DNA of 64,000 nt from Planctomycetota bacterium (GCA_965248445.1 CBDFJG010000004.1:1536001-1600000); one strand, 5' to 3'. Counted from the first letter of the stretch, positions 9,614-19,997 are shown. Translations and numbers: made by a program. Notes: generated from the letters alone by a model not told the origin.

Positions 9614-10750
9614 GTGGCGGAGACTGCGCACGCCCCTCCGACGATGGAAGTCGTCCCCGACGGGGACGGCGCCGGCGTGGGGTACGTCGTGCGATTCGGC
9701 GGCCCGCTGACGCTGGCGACGACGGCTGACCTGTGGTCGCGCGCGGCCGGGATCGCGCCGCCGGCCGGGGCCGTGCGCGTTGACGTCTCGGGCGTGCCGC
9801 AGGTCGATAGCGCGGGCGCGGCACTCTTGCTGCACGTTGCCGGGCGGCTGGGCGATGCGCCCATCGAGTCCGCGAGCGCCCAGGTCCAGGGCATGCTCGA
9901 CGTGCTCGGCAAGCCCGGCAACGAGCCGGACACCGAAGCGCGCGGGCGCCCGCGTGTCGGTCTGATCTACGCGCTCGGTCAGTTCTCGGTGCGCGGCCTC
10001 AACCGCGTGCGCGAGACGGTCGAGTACGCGGGTGCGCTAACCGCCGGTTTGCTGCAGACGCTGATCCACCCGCGGTCGGTCCGCTGGAAGGACGTCGGGG
10101 GATACGTCGCGCGTTCCGGTGCCGAGGCAGTCGGCATCGTCAGCCTGATCGGCCTGCTCATGGGGATGATCCTCGCGTTCCAGATGGCGGCGCAGATGCG
10201 TCAGTACGGCGCCGATCTCTACGTCGCGGACATCGTGGCGCTGTCCCTGGTCCGGGAACTCGGGCCGCTGATGACCGCGATCATCCTGGCGGGGCGCTCT
10301 GGTTCCGCGTTCGCGGCGGAGATCGGCACGATGACCGTCAACGAGGAAGTCGCCGCCCTCGACACGATGGGGCTCGAGCGCATCCGGTTCCTCGTGCTCC
10401 CGAAGGTGATCGCGCTCTTGCTCGTGATGCCGCTGCTCGTCACGTACGCCGACTGCGCGGGCATCGTGGGCGGATTCACGGTCGCAGCTTCGTTCCTCGA
10501 TCAGCCGGTGGGCGTGTACTTCGAGCACACGATCGACCGCCTCGCGCTGCGCGACATCATCGAGGGCCTCGTGAAGGGCCTTTCGTACGCGATGGTGATC
10601 GCGTCGGTGGGCTGCCTGCGGGGCGTGCAGACGCAGAAGGGCGCCCAGGGCGTCGGCCAGTCGGCCACGTCGGCGGTCGTCACCGCCATCTTCCTGGTCA
10701 TCGTGGTCGACGCGCTCCTCACCGGACTGTTCTTCCTGCTGACTTCATGA
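9614..10750 (+). CDS. mlaE: MlaE-family ABC permease with N-terminal STAS domain
   Basis: VDSAGAALL (STAS); RELGPLMTAIILAGRSGSAFAAEIGTM. Confidence 0.9.
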   Translation: MAETAHAPPTMEVVPDGDGAGVGYVVRFGGPLTLATTADLWSRAAGIAPPAGAVRVDVSGVPQVDSAGAALLLHVAGRLGDAPIESASAQVQGMLDVLGKPGNEPDTEARGRPRVGLIYALGQFSVRGLNRVRETVEYAGALTAGLLQTLIHPRSVRWKDVGGYVARSGAEAVGIVSLIGLLMGMILAFQMAAQMRQYGADLYVADIVALSLVRELGPLMTAIILAGRSGSAFAAEIGTMTVNEEVAALDTMGLERIRFLVLPKVIALLLVMPLLVTYADCAGIVGGFTVAASFLDQPVGVYFEHTIDRLALRDIIEGLVKGLSYAMVIASVGCLRGVQTQKGAQGVGQSATSAVVTAIFLVIVVDALLTGLFFLLTS

Positions 10751-11568
10751 GCCAAGTCGGCAGCCCGCTGAGGATCTCGAACGGGGCGACCCCGCTCATC
10801 TCCGTGCGCGGGGTGCGCTGTGCGTATGGCGAGACCGAGATCCTGAAGGACGTGTCGTTCGACGTGTCGCCCGGCGAGATCGTGGTCGTGCTCGGCGGCT
10901 CGGGCTGCGGCAAGTCCACGCTCCTGCGTCACCTCATCGGTCTGCACGACCCGACGCACGGGGAGATCGTGATCGACGGGGTGGACCTGGTGGCGACGAC
11001 GGGGGTGGACCGAATGGCGCTGCTGCGCCGCTTCGGCGTGACGTTCCAGAGCGGCGCGCTCTTCAGCGCCATGACGCTCATCGAGAACGTGAGCCTCCCG
11101 CTCGAAGAGTTCACGGAACTGCCGCCCGCGGCGATCCGCGAGATCTCCGAGCGCAAGCTCGCCGTCGTCGGCCTCGACGGCTACGGCGAGCACTACCCCG
11201 ACGAGATCTCGGGCGGCATGCAGAAGCGCGCCGGCGTGGCGCGGGCGCTGGCCCTCGACCCGCCGCTGCTGTTCTGCGACGAGCCCTCGGCCGGGCTCGA
11301 CCCGATCAGCGGTGCAGCGCTCGATCAGCTCCTGCTCGACCTGCGGGACGCCCTCGGGACGACGATGCTGATCGTGACGCACGAGCTCGCGAGCATTTAC
11401 GCCGTCGCCGATCGATGCATCATGTTGGACAAGGCGCGGCGCACGATCGTCGCGTCGGGCCCGCCCGAGGAACTGCGCGACACGAGCGACGACCCGTACG
11501 TGCTGGCGTTCTTCAGGCGGGAGGCCGTCGCCACGGCTGCCGGCGGCGGAGAGGGAGGGGCAGCGTGA
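10747..11568 (+). CDS. mlaF: MlaF-family ABC ATP-binding protein
   Basis: GGSGCGKST, FQSGALF, SGGMQKR, DEPSAGLDP, VTHE. Confidence 0.9.
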   Translation: MSQVGSPLRISNGATPLISVRGVRCAYGETEILKDVSFDVSPGEIVVVLGGSGCGKSTLLRHLIGLHDPTHGEIVIDGVDLVATTGVDRMALLRRFGVTFQSGALFSAMTLIENVSLPLEEFTELPPAAIREISERKLAVVGLDGYGEHYPDEISGGMQKRAGVARALALDPPLLFCDEPSAGLDPISGAALDQLLLDLRDALGTTMLIVTHELASIYAVADRCIMLDKARRTIVASGPPEELRDTSDDPYVLAFFRREAVATAAGGGEGGAA

Positions 11569-12746
11569 GACGCGATCCGCGTACGTTCAAGATCGGGGTG
11601 TTCGCCTTCTTCGGCATCCTGTTGCTGCTCGTCGGCATCGTGACCATCGGCGCCGGCCGGTACTGGCTGCAGGAGGGCCGGACGGTCTACTGCTACTTCA
11701 CCGAGTCCGTCTCGGGTGTCGCCGTGGGAAGTCCTCTCAAGCTGCAGGGCGTCGAGGTAGGCCAGGTCAGTGACGTCGTGCTGCTTCCGCCGCGGAAGGT
11801 GCGGCGCCTGAAGCGCGGGGTCGGCAGCTGGGACTCCGTGATTGAAGTCAAGTGCACTGTCTACCCGGAGGCGATCGGCGCCGAGACCGGGCTCGTCATG
11901 TCGCAGGATGAGCTCTCGCAGTGGGTCGGCGAGCAGGTCTCTCGGGGCATGCGCGTCTCGATCAAGTGGAAGGACATCACCGGTCAGAAGTACCTGAGCC
12001 TCGACCACTACCGCATCAGCGACCACCCGATCCCCGACATCGAGGGGACGAACACCCCGTACATCCCGACGGCGGTCGAGGCCTCGTTCAGCGACATCCA
12101 GCGCGACCTCGCCACGACGCTATCGAAGCTCGCGAGCGTGGACTTCGAGCAGATGTCCCGGCGCGTCCTCGATGTGCTGGATCTCGTCGCGCTGCGCGTC
12201 GAGGCGCTCGACACGCAGTCGTTGCAGGGGCACGCCGAGGAGACGCTCCTCGCGGTCCGAGAACTCGCGGAGGATCCTGCGTTGCGCCGCCTGATCGACC
12301 GGTTGGACGAGATCTCCGGCTCGATGACGACGTCCACCAAGCGCGTCGAAGAGTTGCTGGCGAATGGCCAGATCGACTCCGGTATCGAGGACTTCGGCGC
12401 GGCGGCGGCTTCGATTCGCCGCACCGTCGAGGGTCTCGAGCGTGACATCCCGCAGCTCATGGACAAGGTGGACCAGATCGCCGTGCGCGCCGAGGAGCAG
12501 GTGGTCGCAGCCGACGTCAGCGGCACGACGGCATCGATCCAGAATGCCGCGGACAAGTTCGGCGGCGCCGCCGACAAGGTCGGCGCGGCCATGCGAGACG
12601 TATCGGCGATGCGCGAGGAGATGCGCCGCCTCATGCGCTCGGTTTCGGACACGAGCAAGTCGCTGGCGCGGCTCGCCCGGTCTCTCGAAGAGCAGCCCGG
12701 ATCGCTTCTCGCGGGCAAGCGCGTCTCGGGCGAGGCTTCGGAGTGA
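11565..12746 (+). CDS. mlaD: MlaD/MCE family protein with long helical C-terminus
   Basis: N-terminal TM; ESVSGVAVGSPLKLQGVEVGQV MCE motif; GTGA overlap. Confidence 0.85.
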   Translation: MRRDPRTFKIGVFAFFGILLLLVGIVTIGAGRYWLQEGRTVYCYFTESVSGVAVGSPLKLQGVEVGQVSDVVLLPPRKVRRLKRGVGSWDSVIEVKCTVYPEAIGAETGLVMSQDELSQWVGEQVSRGMRVSIKWKDITGQKYLSLDHYRISDHPIPDIEGTNTPYIPTAVEASFSDIQRDLATTLSKLASVDFEQMSRRVLDVLDLVALRVEALDTQSLQGHAEETLLAVRELAEDPALRRLIDRLDEISGSMTTSTKRVEELLANGQIDSGIEDFGAAAASIRRTVEGLERDIPQLMDKVDQIAVRAEEQVVAADVSGTTASIQNAADKFGGAADKVGAAMRDVSAMREEMRRLMRSVSDTSKSLARLARSLEEQPGSLLAGKRVSGEASE

Positions 12747-13342
12747 TGCGCCCCACTCTTCGGCCCGTGCTCCTGCCCGCTCTTGCCGTGTCGATTCTCG
12801 CGGGTTGCCTCTCGCTCGGAGGGGAGCCCGTGGTGATCCATCGCCACGCTCTCGACCCGATCCCCGCCGTCATCCCGGAGCCGCTGAGCGGGCCGGTGCT
12901 CGCGCTGCGAGCTCTCGACGCTCTGGCGCGCTACGAACAGCGCGTCGTGTTGCGCAGGGCGGACGGCCGGATCGTGTTCCTGGAGACCGAGCGTTGGGTC
13001 GAGGATCCCGCCGATGCCGTGCGGATCGCCCTGCGCGAGCGCCTGCTCATGAGCGGCCGGTTCCGTTCCGTCATCGACGCGGCGGCGGCGTTCGAGTCGG
13101 ACTACACCGTCGAGGGAACCCTGCTTGTCTGCGATCTGGTGGAGGGCGCCGACGGCTCGCGCTCCGCACGACTCGGGTTCCGGCTGCTTCTCGCGGAGAC
13201 CCTGAGCGGCCGTGTGGTCCACGACGGAGCGCACATCGCCGAGGTCGAATTGTCGGGCGACGGGAACGACGGCCTGGGCCCTGCCATGACCGAAGCGCTC
13301 GGCGAGGCGGCGGCCGCGGCCGTCAACGCCTGGCCCCTCTGA
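12746..13342 (+). CDS. ABC transport auxiliary lipoprotein (PqiC-like)
   Basis: ILAGC lipobox; RWVEDP motif; last gene of the MCE operon. Confidence 0.8.
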   Translation: MRPTLRPVLLPALAVSILAGCLSLGGEPVVIHRHALDPIPAVIPEPLSGPVLALRALDALARYEQRVVLRRADGRIVFLETERWVEDPADAVRIALRERLLMSGRFRSVIDAAAAFESDYTVEGTLLVCDLVEGADGSRSARLGFRLLLAETLSGRVVHDGAHIAEVELSGDGNDGLGPAMTEALGEAAAAAVNAWPL

Positions 13343-13398
13343 CGGAAGCCGCTATCCTCGCGGCCCCCGTTTGCCGGAGACCGCATCAGGAGAGACTC

Positions 13399-13839
13399 AT
13401 GACTTCGCGCCTCGTTGCTCTCGCCCTCATCGCCGCCCTTGCCACAGCCGCCGGATGCGATTCCGGCTCCTTGGCGCCCGCGCCGGCCCCTGCACCGGTT
13501 GCTCCGGCGCCGGCCGGCGTTCAGCCGCTCTCCGCCGCGACGCAGCAGCGTGCCGCGACCGCGATGAAGAAGGCCAAGGCGTTCGCGGACCAGGCGTACG
13601 TGCACCTCGACAAGGGCAAGCAAGTCGAGCAGGCCGAGAGCTTCAATGCGGCGATTCCGCACTATCAAGAGGCGAAGCCGCTCCTCAAGAAGGCGCTCCA
13701 GGAGATCGAGTACTTCATCGAGCCGGACCTCGAGGTCGTGACCGCCGAGCAGATCAGGGCGTTTTGCGGCGAGTACACGCGGGCCACGCGCAAGTGGCAG
13801 CAGGCGATCGCGGGCATGGGCAAGGTCCCGCCGAAGTAG
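13399..13839 (+). CDS. Hypothetical lipoprotein, helical
   Basis: AGGAGAG RBS; TAAGC lipobox; Pro/Ala linker. Confidence 0.75.
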   Translation: MTSRLVALALIAALATAAGCDSGSLAPAPAPAPVAPAPAGVQPLSAATQQRAATAMKKAKAFADQAYVHLDKGKQVEQAESFNAAIPHYQEAKPLLKKALQEIEYFIEPDLEVVTAEQIRAFCGEYTRATRKWQQAIAGMGKVPPK

Positions 13840-13853
13840 CGCGGGTCGGCGGG

Positions 13854-14933
13854 TCAGCCTGCGCTGCGTATCACGACGGTGAGTGCGGCGAGCATCTCGT
13901 CCGTCTCGGTCACGGTGAGATCGCCCAGGTGCCCGATCCGGAACGTCGCCGACTTCAGCGCGCCGTAGCCCGCGGCCAGCCGGAAGCCCCCCCGCTCCAT
14001 CTCGACGAGGACGCGCGGGATGTCGAGTCCCCGCGTGTTCTCGAGCGCGGTCACGCTGGGGCTGCGCGCCCCCTCGCGGGCCAGGATGCCCAGGTGCTCC
14101 TCCGCGAACGCATGCACGCGGGCCGCCATCTCGGCGTGGCGCGCGGCCCGTGCCGCGATCCCCTCGTCGAGGATCCGCGCCAGCTGCAGGTCGAGGGCGT
14201 GGAAGAGCGGCGTGTTGGGTGTGTGCGGCGTGTCGCCCTTCCCGTGCCGCTCGAGGAGCGACGCCAGCCGGAGGGCGAACCCGTCCTGCTCGGCCGACTG
14301 CGCGCGCTCGGCGATCCCCTCTCCGACGGCGATCACGGCCATTCCGGGCGGGCAGGCGAGTGCCTTGCCGGTAACCGTCACGAGCGCTGCCTGCGGCCCC
14401 AGGAGGTCGAAATCGAGATCGACGGCACCGATCGACGACACCGCGTCCACGATCAGCGAGGTCCCCGGCCGGGCCCGGACGACCTCGGCGATCCCCACGA
14501 CGTCCGCGAGGGCGCCTGTCGAGGTCTCGGAGTGGACGACGGTCACGGTGTCGAACGCCTTGCTCGCGAGCGCCCGCTCGACAGCTCCCGGCTCGACCAC
14601 GTCGCCCGGCGGGACCGTCAGCGCCTCGACGTCGAGGCCGAGCGCCGCCGCCATCCTCGCCCAGCGGTCCGCGAACGCCCCGCCCACGAGACAGAGGACC
14701 TCCTTCTTCGCCACCGCGCGCAGCACGGACTCGAGTGCCGTGGTCCCTGAAGAGAGCACGGGGATGACCGGCTGCTCCGTGCGCAGGAGTGCGCCGAGAC
14801 CCGACTGGACCCGCCGCACGACCGCGCGGAACGCCTCCGAACGGTGGGGTTCGGGCTGGCACGCCATCGCCTGACGCACGATGGGCCGAACGTGGGCCGG
14901 CCCCGGGACGAACGAGAGCATCTCCGGCGGCAT
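13854..14933 (-). CDS. Class V PLP aminotransferase (alanine-glyoxylate/serine-pyruvate type)
   Basis: FVPGP, HRS, VHSETSTG, VDAVSS, GKALACPPG and FRIGHLG motifs. Confidence 0.88.
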   Translation of the reverse strand: MPPEMLSFVPGPAHVRPIVRQAMACQPEPHRSEAFRAVVRRVQSGLGALLRTEQPVIPVLSSGTTALESVLRAVAKKEVLCLVGGAFADRWARMAAALGLDVEALTVPPGDVVEPGAVERALASKAFDTVTVVHSETSTGALADVVGIAEVVRARPGTSLIVDAVSSIGAVDLDFDLLGPQAALVTVTGKALACPPGMAVIAVGEGIAERAQSAEQDGFALRLASLLERHGKGDTPHTPNTPLFHALDLQLARILDEGIAARAARHAEMAARVHAFAEEHLGILAREGARSPSVTALENTRGLDIPRVLVEMERGGFRLAAGYGALKSATFRIGHLGDLTVTETDEMLAALTVVIRSAG

Positions 14934-14985
14934 GCGGCCAGGGTAGCCGCGCAGCCGAGCGGTGCGGATAGCATCCGCGGCGCTC

Positions 14986-15831
14986 ATGTCCGCACTGCGA
15001 CTCGCCTACAACACGAACGGACTCGCCCACCACCGCCTGTCCGACGCGATCGACCTACTGGCGGACCTCGGATACGACGGGCTGGCGCTGACCCCGGACG
15101 TCCCGCACCTGGATCCGCGCCATGCCACCGTCCACGAGGTCGGCCGCGTCGCGGCGCATCTGGCCCAGCGCGGACTCGACGTCGTCATCCAGACGGGTGC
15201 GCGATTCGTTCTGGACCCGCGCCGCAAGCACCAGCCGACGCTGTTGGATCCCGATGAGCGCGCCCGCGCGCGTCGGATCGCGTTCCTCGAGCGTTGCCTC
15301 GACATCGGTGCGGACCTCGGGGCGCGCGTGATGGCGTTTTGGTCCGGGAGCCCCGCTGCGTCCGCGGCGTCCGAGAAACGAGACGTGCTGGACGCACGGT
15401 TGGTGGACGGCTGCCGCCGCGTCGCCGACCTGGCCGCCGCGCGCGGCATGCTCGCGGCGTTCGAACCGGAGCCGGGGATGCACGTCCAGATGGTCGCGGA
15501 CTGGGAAGCGCTGCGGGAACGCGCGGCACATCCGGCGCTGCAACTCGCCCTCGACGTCGGACACGTGCATTGCAACGCGGAGGGAGACCCCCCGGGAATC
15601 GTGCGCCGCCACGCGCACGAACTCGCCGACGTGCAACTCGAAGACATGCGCGTCGGCGCGCACGTGCACTTGCCGTTCGGTGAGGGAACGCTCGACGTGC
15701 CGCCGGTGCTGGCGGCGCTGATCGACGTCGGCTTCGACGGTCTGGTCGGGGTGGAACTCTCACGCGACTCGCATCGAGCCGCAGACATCGCAGCGGCGTC
15801 GATCGCCTACTTGCGGGCGCACGGCGCCTGA
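14986..15831 (+). CDS. Sugar phosphate isomerase/epimerase (xylose-isomerase-like TIM barrel)
   Basis: AYNTNG, EPEPGM, LDVGH, HVHLPFGEG and VELSR motifs. Confidence 0.85.
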   Translation: MSALRLAYNTNGLAHHRLSDAIDLLADLGYDGLALTPDVPHLDPRHATVHEVGRVAAHLAQRGLDVVIQTGARFVLDPRRKHQPTLLDPDERARARRIAFLERCLDIGADLGARVMAFWSGSPAASAASEKRDVLDARLVDGCRRVADLAAARGMLAAFEPEPGMHVQMVADWEALRERAAHPALQLALDVGHVHCNAEGDPPGIVRRHAHELADVQLEDMRVGAHVHLPFGEGTLDVPPVLAALIDVGFDGLVGVELSRDSHRAADIAAASIAYLRAHGA

Positions 15832-16213
15832 GCCGACTCGCCCTTCACTTAAATTCCGACGGCGGATTGAACTGCCCCCCTGAGTGCCGCGGGGACCGGC
15901 GCTGGCACCGCCCCGGATGGGTTCGCGAGTGTCGAAATCCGACACGCCCGCAGGGCCACGGCGAGGAGGCCCGTTGTGACGAATCGCCGCGAATCGGGCG
16001 AAAAACAGCGAAAAACACCCCATTTCCACCCGATTCGGAGGGTAACCCCCTTGTGCGACCGGGCGACACTAGTTAAGAATCCGCCATGTAAGGCCCCGTC
16101 CCGGGTCCGGGCGGCCGGCGGTGGTGATCCACCGAGACATCGGCCGCGCGAGTCGGACGAGAGTTACGGAGCGAGGCCTGTTGGCAGGAGTTGGTCAGGG
16201 AGACACACGGCTG

Positions 16214-16495
16214 ATGGAGTACTACATCCTCTGCCCGCAGCGCGCGACTGAGGTCCCGGGCCTTATCACGCACCTGATCTCCCGCGACATCTGCGAGCGT
16301 CGCCAGTCCGAGAACTACCACAAGTGCCCGGGCTGCATCCGGTCGCGCATCTGGCGCGAACAGCGCGGACACCCTGAGGTCGCCGCGCTCAACGGGAGCG
16401 CCCAGACCGGAAGCGCAAAGAACGGCACTGCCCAGACGACCAAGGCAAAGAACGGGAGCGCGAAGCCGGCCGCATCCCGCCCGAAGCCTGCCTAG
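16214..16495 (+). CDS. Small Cys4 protein with basic repetitive tail
   Basis: GGGAG RBS; typical high-GC codon usage; C-x19-C-x10-CxxC; xxNG[S/T]AQT repeats. Confidence 0.65.
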   Translation: MEYYILCPQRATEVPGLITHLISRDICERRQSENYHKCPGCIRSRIWREQRGHPEVAALNGSAQTGSAKNGTAQTTKAKNGSAKPAASRPKPA

Positions 16496-16549
16496 CGCGC
16501 GTACGGGCGGGTTGCTCGCCGCGCCCTGCACGATGCCCGCCCCCCGCCG

Positions 16550-17785
16550 CTACGCGGTCTGCGGCGCGAGCGCCTGGCGCACTTCGTCGTCGCTGAGCAC
16601 GTGATCGCTGCGCTTGGCGGCGGCGAACACCGCGGCGACCGCATCTTGCGTCGGATCGATGCCGAGGTGCTTCAGGCAGTGGACGACGTTGGAGCGGCCG
16701 CTCATCGGCCCGACCTTGATGATCTGCTCGAGTCCGAACTCGTCCGCCGGCACGCCGGAGTAGACACGGTTGGCGAGCCAGGCGTCCCCGCGAGCCAGCG
16801 CCTTGACGACGGCCGCCGCATGCACGCCGGTCGCCGTCTCGAACGCGTCGGACCCGACCACGGGGTAGTTCTTGGGGATCGGGACCTTCGTCGCCGCCGA
16901 GACCGTGCGCACGTAGTCCATCATCCCGGTCAAATCGTTGTCGATGTAGCCGAGCAGCTTCATGTTGACGAGCAGGGTGTCCATCGGACAGTTGCCGGCG
17001 CGCTCACCGATGCCGATCGCGGCGCCGTGAAGACGGTCGGCGCCCGCCTCGTAGGCGGCGATGGCGTTGATGACGTCGAGTCCGCGGTCCCGGTGCCCGT
17101 GCCAGTCGAGCTGCACCGTCGGGTCCGTGTCGTTGATGATGCCCTTCACGTGCTGGATCAGCTTGGTGACGCCGTGAGGCGTTGCGTGTCCGACCGTGTC
17201 GCAGACAACGACCCGCGTGGCGCCGTGCTCGATCGCCGCTCGGTACAGCTGGTTCACGATGTCGGGGTGGGTCCGGGTCGTGTCCTCGGTGACGTACATC
17301 ACCCGGAGTTCCTCGGACTTCGCGTACTCGACGGCGTCGATCGTGAGCTTCAGCAGCTTCTCGATGTCCCAGTCCTCGACCAGGAGCCGGATCTGTGAGG
17401 AGCCGAGGAACACCGCGGACTCGAGCGAGACCCCGGTGGCCTGCTGGATCTCGGCGATCGGCCGGATGTCGGCCTCGAGGGTGCGCGCAGCGCAGTTCGG
17501 GTCGATCGTGAGCCCGGCGGAGGTCATCTCGTTGCAGAGCGCCGTCACGTCCCGCACGGCGTGGGCGCCGGCGCCCGGGAGGCCCAGGTTGACCGAATCG
17601 ATCCCGAGGCCGGCGATCCGGTGCAGGATCTCGATCTTCTCCCCGATGGTCGGATTGCGCACCGAGGGGGACTGGAGACCGTCGCGGAGCGTCTCGTCAT
17701 CGAAAGCCGCCCGGTGGGTCGGCCTCGTCGGGGCTTCCAGCTTGTTCCAGTCGTAGATCAGGTCGTCGCGGGAGATCTCACTCAT
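16550..17785 (-). CDS. LeuA-family Claisen condensing enzyme (2-isopropylmalate/homocitrate synthase-like), no regulatory domain
   Basis: DETLRDGLQ, CDTVG, HGHRDRG, GIGERAGN motifs; 411 aa. Confidence 0.85.
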   Translation of the reverse strand: MSEISRDDLIYDWNKLEAPTRPTHRAAFDDETLRDGLQSPSVRNPTIGEKIEILHRIAGLGIDSVNLGLPGAGAHAVRDVTALCNEMTSAGLTIDPNCAARTLEADIRPIAEIQQATGVSLESAVFLGSSQIRLLVEDWDIEKLLKLTIDAVEYAKSEELRVMYVTEDTTRTHPDIVNQLYRAAIEHGATRVVVCDTVGHATPHGVTKLIQHVKGIINDTDPTVQLDWHGHRDRGLDVINAIAAYEAGADRLHGAAIGIGERAGNCPMDTLLVNMKLLGYIDNDLTGMMDYVRTVSAATKVPIPKNYPVVGSDAFETATGVHAAAVVKALARGDAWLANRVYSGVPADEFGLEQIIKVGPMSGRSNVVHCLKHLGIDPTQDAVAAVFAAAKRSDHVLSDDEVRQALAPQTA

Positions 17786-17988
17786 TCAGGCTCCTTCAAG
17801 CTCACGGTCCCTCGCCAGAGGGCAATCCGGGATGGGACGGACTCGGCGCCGGTCAGGACGGCGGCGCCGAGGACCCCACATGATACCCGGCCACCCAGGG
17901 GCGGCGCGAGCGGCCGCGGTCGTCCCGGCGAGCCTGCCGGCCTCGATTCCTTCTCCGCCTCCGCAGGGACACGGAGCATCGCGCCGCC

Positions 17989-19314
17989 ATGATCGTCATG
18001 AAGTTCGGCGGAACGTCGGTGGGGAGCGCCGTGCGCATCCGCGATGTCGTCGAGATCGTGCGGGGGCGTGCGTCCCGCCGCCCGGTCGTCGTCGTGTCCG
18101 CTCAAGCCGGCGTGACCAACGAGCTGATCGCGCTCGCCGAAGGCGCGGTGCGTGGTCCCGCGGAGACGCGCTCGCTCGAGCGCCGGTTCGCAGGACTGCT
18201 CTCCGACCTGGGCCTCCCCGCGTACCTCGTCGATGACGACCTCGACGAGCTGGGGTCGCTCTTGAAGGGCATCACGCTGGTGGGAGATCTGACGCCCCGC
18301 TCGCTCGACCGCATGATGAGCTTCGGCGAGCGTTGCTCCGCCACGATCGTCGCCGCGGCGCTCTCCGCGGCCGGCGTCCCCGCCCGGTCGATGGTCGCGT
18401 ACGACCTGGGACTGGTGACGGACTCGACGTACGGCCGGGCGGAGGTGCTCAGCGAGACCTATGACGCGCTCGGGCCCGCGCTGGCCGCCGCGTGCCCCGA
18501 GTCCGACGTGCCGGTGGTCACCGGGTTCGTCGCGCGGGACCGGGAGGGCTTCATCACCACGCTCGGCCGCGGCGGGTCCGACTTCACGGCCGCGGTGTTC
18601 GGCCGGGCCCTCGGCGCCGAGGAGATCGAGATCTGGACCGACGTGGACGGCGTCATGACCGCCGATCCGCGCATCGTCCAGGAAGCGCGCAGCCTCTCGC
18701 GGATGTCGTTCGCGGAGGCGGCCGAGCTGGCCTACTACGGCGCCAAGGTCATCCACCCCGCCACGATCCACCCGGCGGTCCGCTCGCGTATCCCGATCCG
18801 CGTGCTCAACACCTACCGCCCCGGCGCACCGGGGACGCTCGTGTTGTCCGCGGACGAGAGCGGCCCGCCCGGGGTCCGCGCGATCGCGTCCAAGAAGGAC
18901 ATCACGCTCGTGCACGTCCAGTCGCTACGGATGCTGCTCCAGCACGGCTTCATGGCCCGCCTGTTCGCGACCTTCGAGCAGCACCGCATCGTCATCGACA
19001 TGATCACGACGTCCGAGGTGTCGGTCTCGCTGACCACCGACGACGCCCGAGACCTCGAGGCGGCTGCGGAAGACGTGCGTGCGTTCGCCGAGGTCCGGAT
19101 CTCCACCGACAAGTCGATTGTCTGCCTCGTAGGCGAGGGGCTGCGGGACGACCCGGATCTCCTGGCCCGCATCTTCGCAACGCTCCGGCGTGAGGAGATC
19201 CCCGTGCGGATGGTGAGCGTGGGCGCCTCGCGCATCAACGTGTCGCTGCTGATCGACGAGGCCGACGAGGATCGGGCCGTACGGACGCTGCACGCGGAGT
19301 TTCTGCAGAGTTGA
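17989..19314 (+). CDS. lysC: Aspartate kinase with two ACT domains
   Basis: MKFGGTSVG, TTLGRGGSDFTA, WTDVDG and YYGAKVIHP motifs. Confidence 0.93.
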   Translation: MIVMKFGGTSVGSAVRIRDVVEIVRGRASRRPVVVVSAQAGVTNELIALAEGAVRGPAETRSLERRFAGLLSDLGLPAYLVDDDLDELGSLLKGITLVGDLTPRSLDRMMSFGERCSATIVAAALSAAGVPARSMVAYDLGLVTDSTYGRAEVLSETYDALGPALAAACPESDVPVVTGFVARDREGFITTLGRGGSDFTAAVFGRALGAEEIEIWTDVDGVMTADPRIVQEARSLSRMSFAEAAELAYYGAKVIHPATIHPAVRSRIPIRVLNTYRPGAPGTLVLSADESGPPGVRAIASKKDITLVHVQSLRMLLQHGFMARLFATFEQHRIVIDMITTSEVSVSLTTDDARDLEAAAEDVRAFAEVRISTDKSIVCLVGEGLRDDPDLLARIFATLRREEIPVRMVSVGASRINVSLLIDEADEDRAVRTLHAEFLQS

Positions 19315-19997
19315 GCCTCAAGAACGCGCTCCTCGGTTGGCTCGGCGCGTTCTACCTGCGGCTGCTCCGCGCGAGCTGGCGGATCGACGAGCAGCCCGAG
19401 CGGTTCGTCACGCGCCGGGGCGAGGTGGCGCCGAGCGGCTGCGTCTGGGTGATGTGGCACTCCCGCGTCCTGCTCGGCGCCGCGACGCAGGCGGATCAGG
19501 ACATGCGCGTGATGGTGTCCATGCACGGCGACGGCGAGCTCATCGCGCGCGCGTGCTCGCACATCGGGTACAAGCCGCTGCGCGGATCGTCGTCGCGGGG
19601 CGGACGCGAGGTGCTGACCGAGGCCGTCAACGAACTGATCGCCGGCCGGGACGTGGCCATCACGCCGGACGGACCGCGCGGTCCGCGCATGTCCGTGCAG
19701 CCCGGCTGTGTGCTCGCCGCGATGCGCGCCGGCGTGCCGCTCGTACCAGTCGGGTTCTCCGCGAAGCGGCACCGGCGCCTCAAGTCGTGGGACCGGTTCA
19801 TGGTCCCGGGCTTCTTCACGCGGGTCGTCGTGCGCTTCGGCGAACCGATGGAGGTGCCCCCGGATCTCGACATCGACGAGGTGAACGTGTTCTGCGGTCA
19901 CGTGCGGCTGGCGATCATGAAGGTGACGGAGCAGGCCGACCGAGATGCGGGCGTCCCGGTCGAGACGCCGGACGTGGATCCGCTCGAAGCGAGCTAG
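19311..19997 (+). CDS. DUF374 / lysophospholipid acyltransferase family protein
   Basis: WH, S.HGDGE, RGSSSRGG, TPDGPRGP and SWDRF motifs. Confidence 0.85.
   Translation: MSLKNALLGWLGAFYLRLLRASWRIDEQPERFVTRRGEVAPSGCVWVMWHSRVLLGAATQADQDMRVMVSMHGDGELIARACSHIGYKPLRGSSSRGGREVLTEAVNELIAGRDVAITPDGPRGPRMSVQPGCVLAAMRAGVPLVPVGFSAKRHRRLKSWDRFMVPGFFTRVVVRFGEPMEVPPDLDIDEVNVFCGHVRLAIMKVTEQADRDAGVPVETPDVDPLEAS

Noticed and set aside
5489..9835. Very long alternative ORFs (e.g. 5489..7966 + and the upstream extension of 7385..9835 -; likewise 152..2380 and 47592..49523)
   Set aside because: Shadow ORFs typical of high-GC DNA, overlapping genes with clear family motifs; Arg/Pro/Ala-rich with no domain signal.
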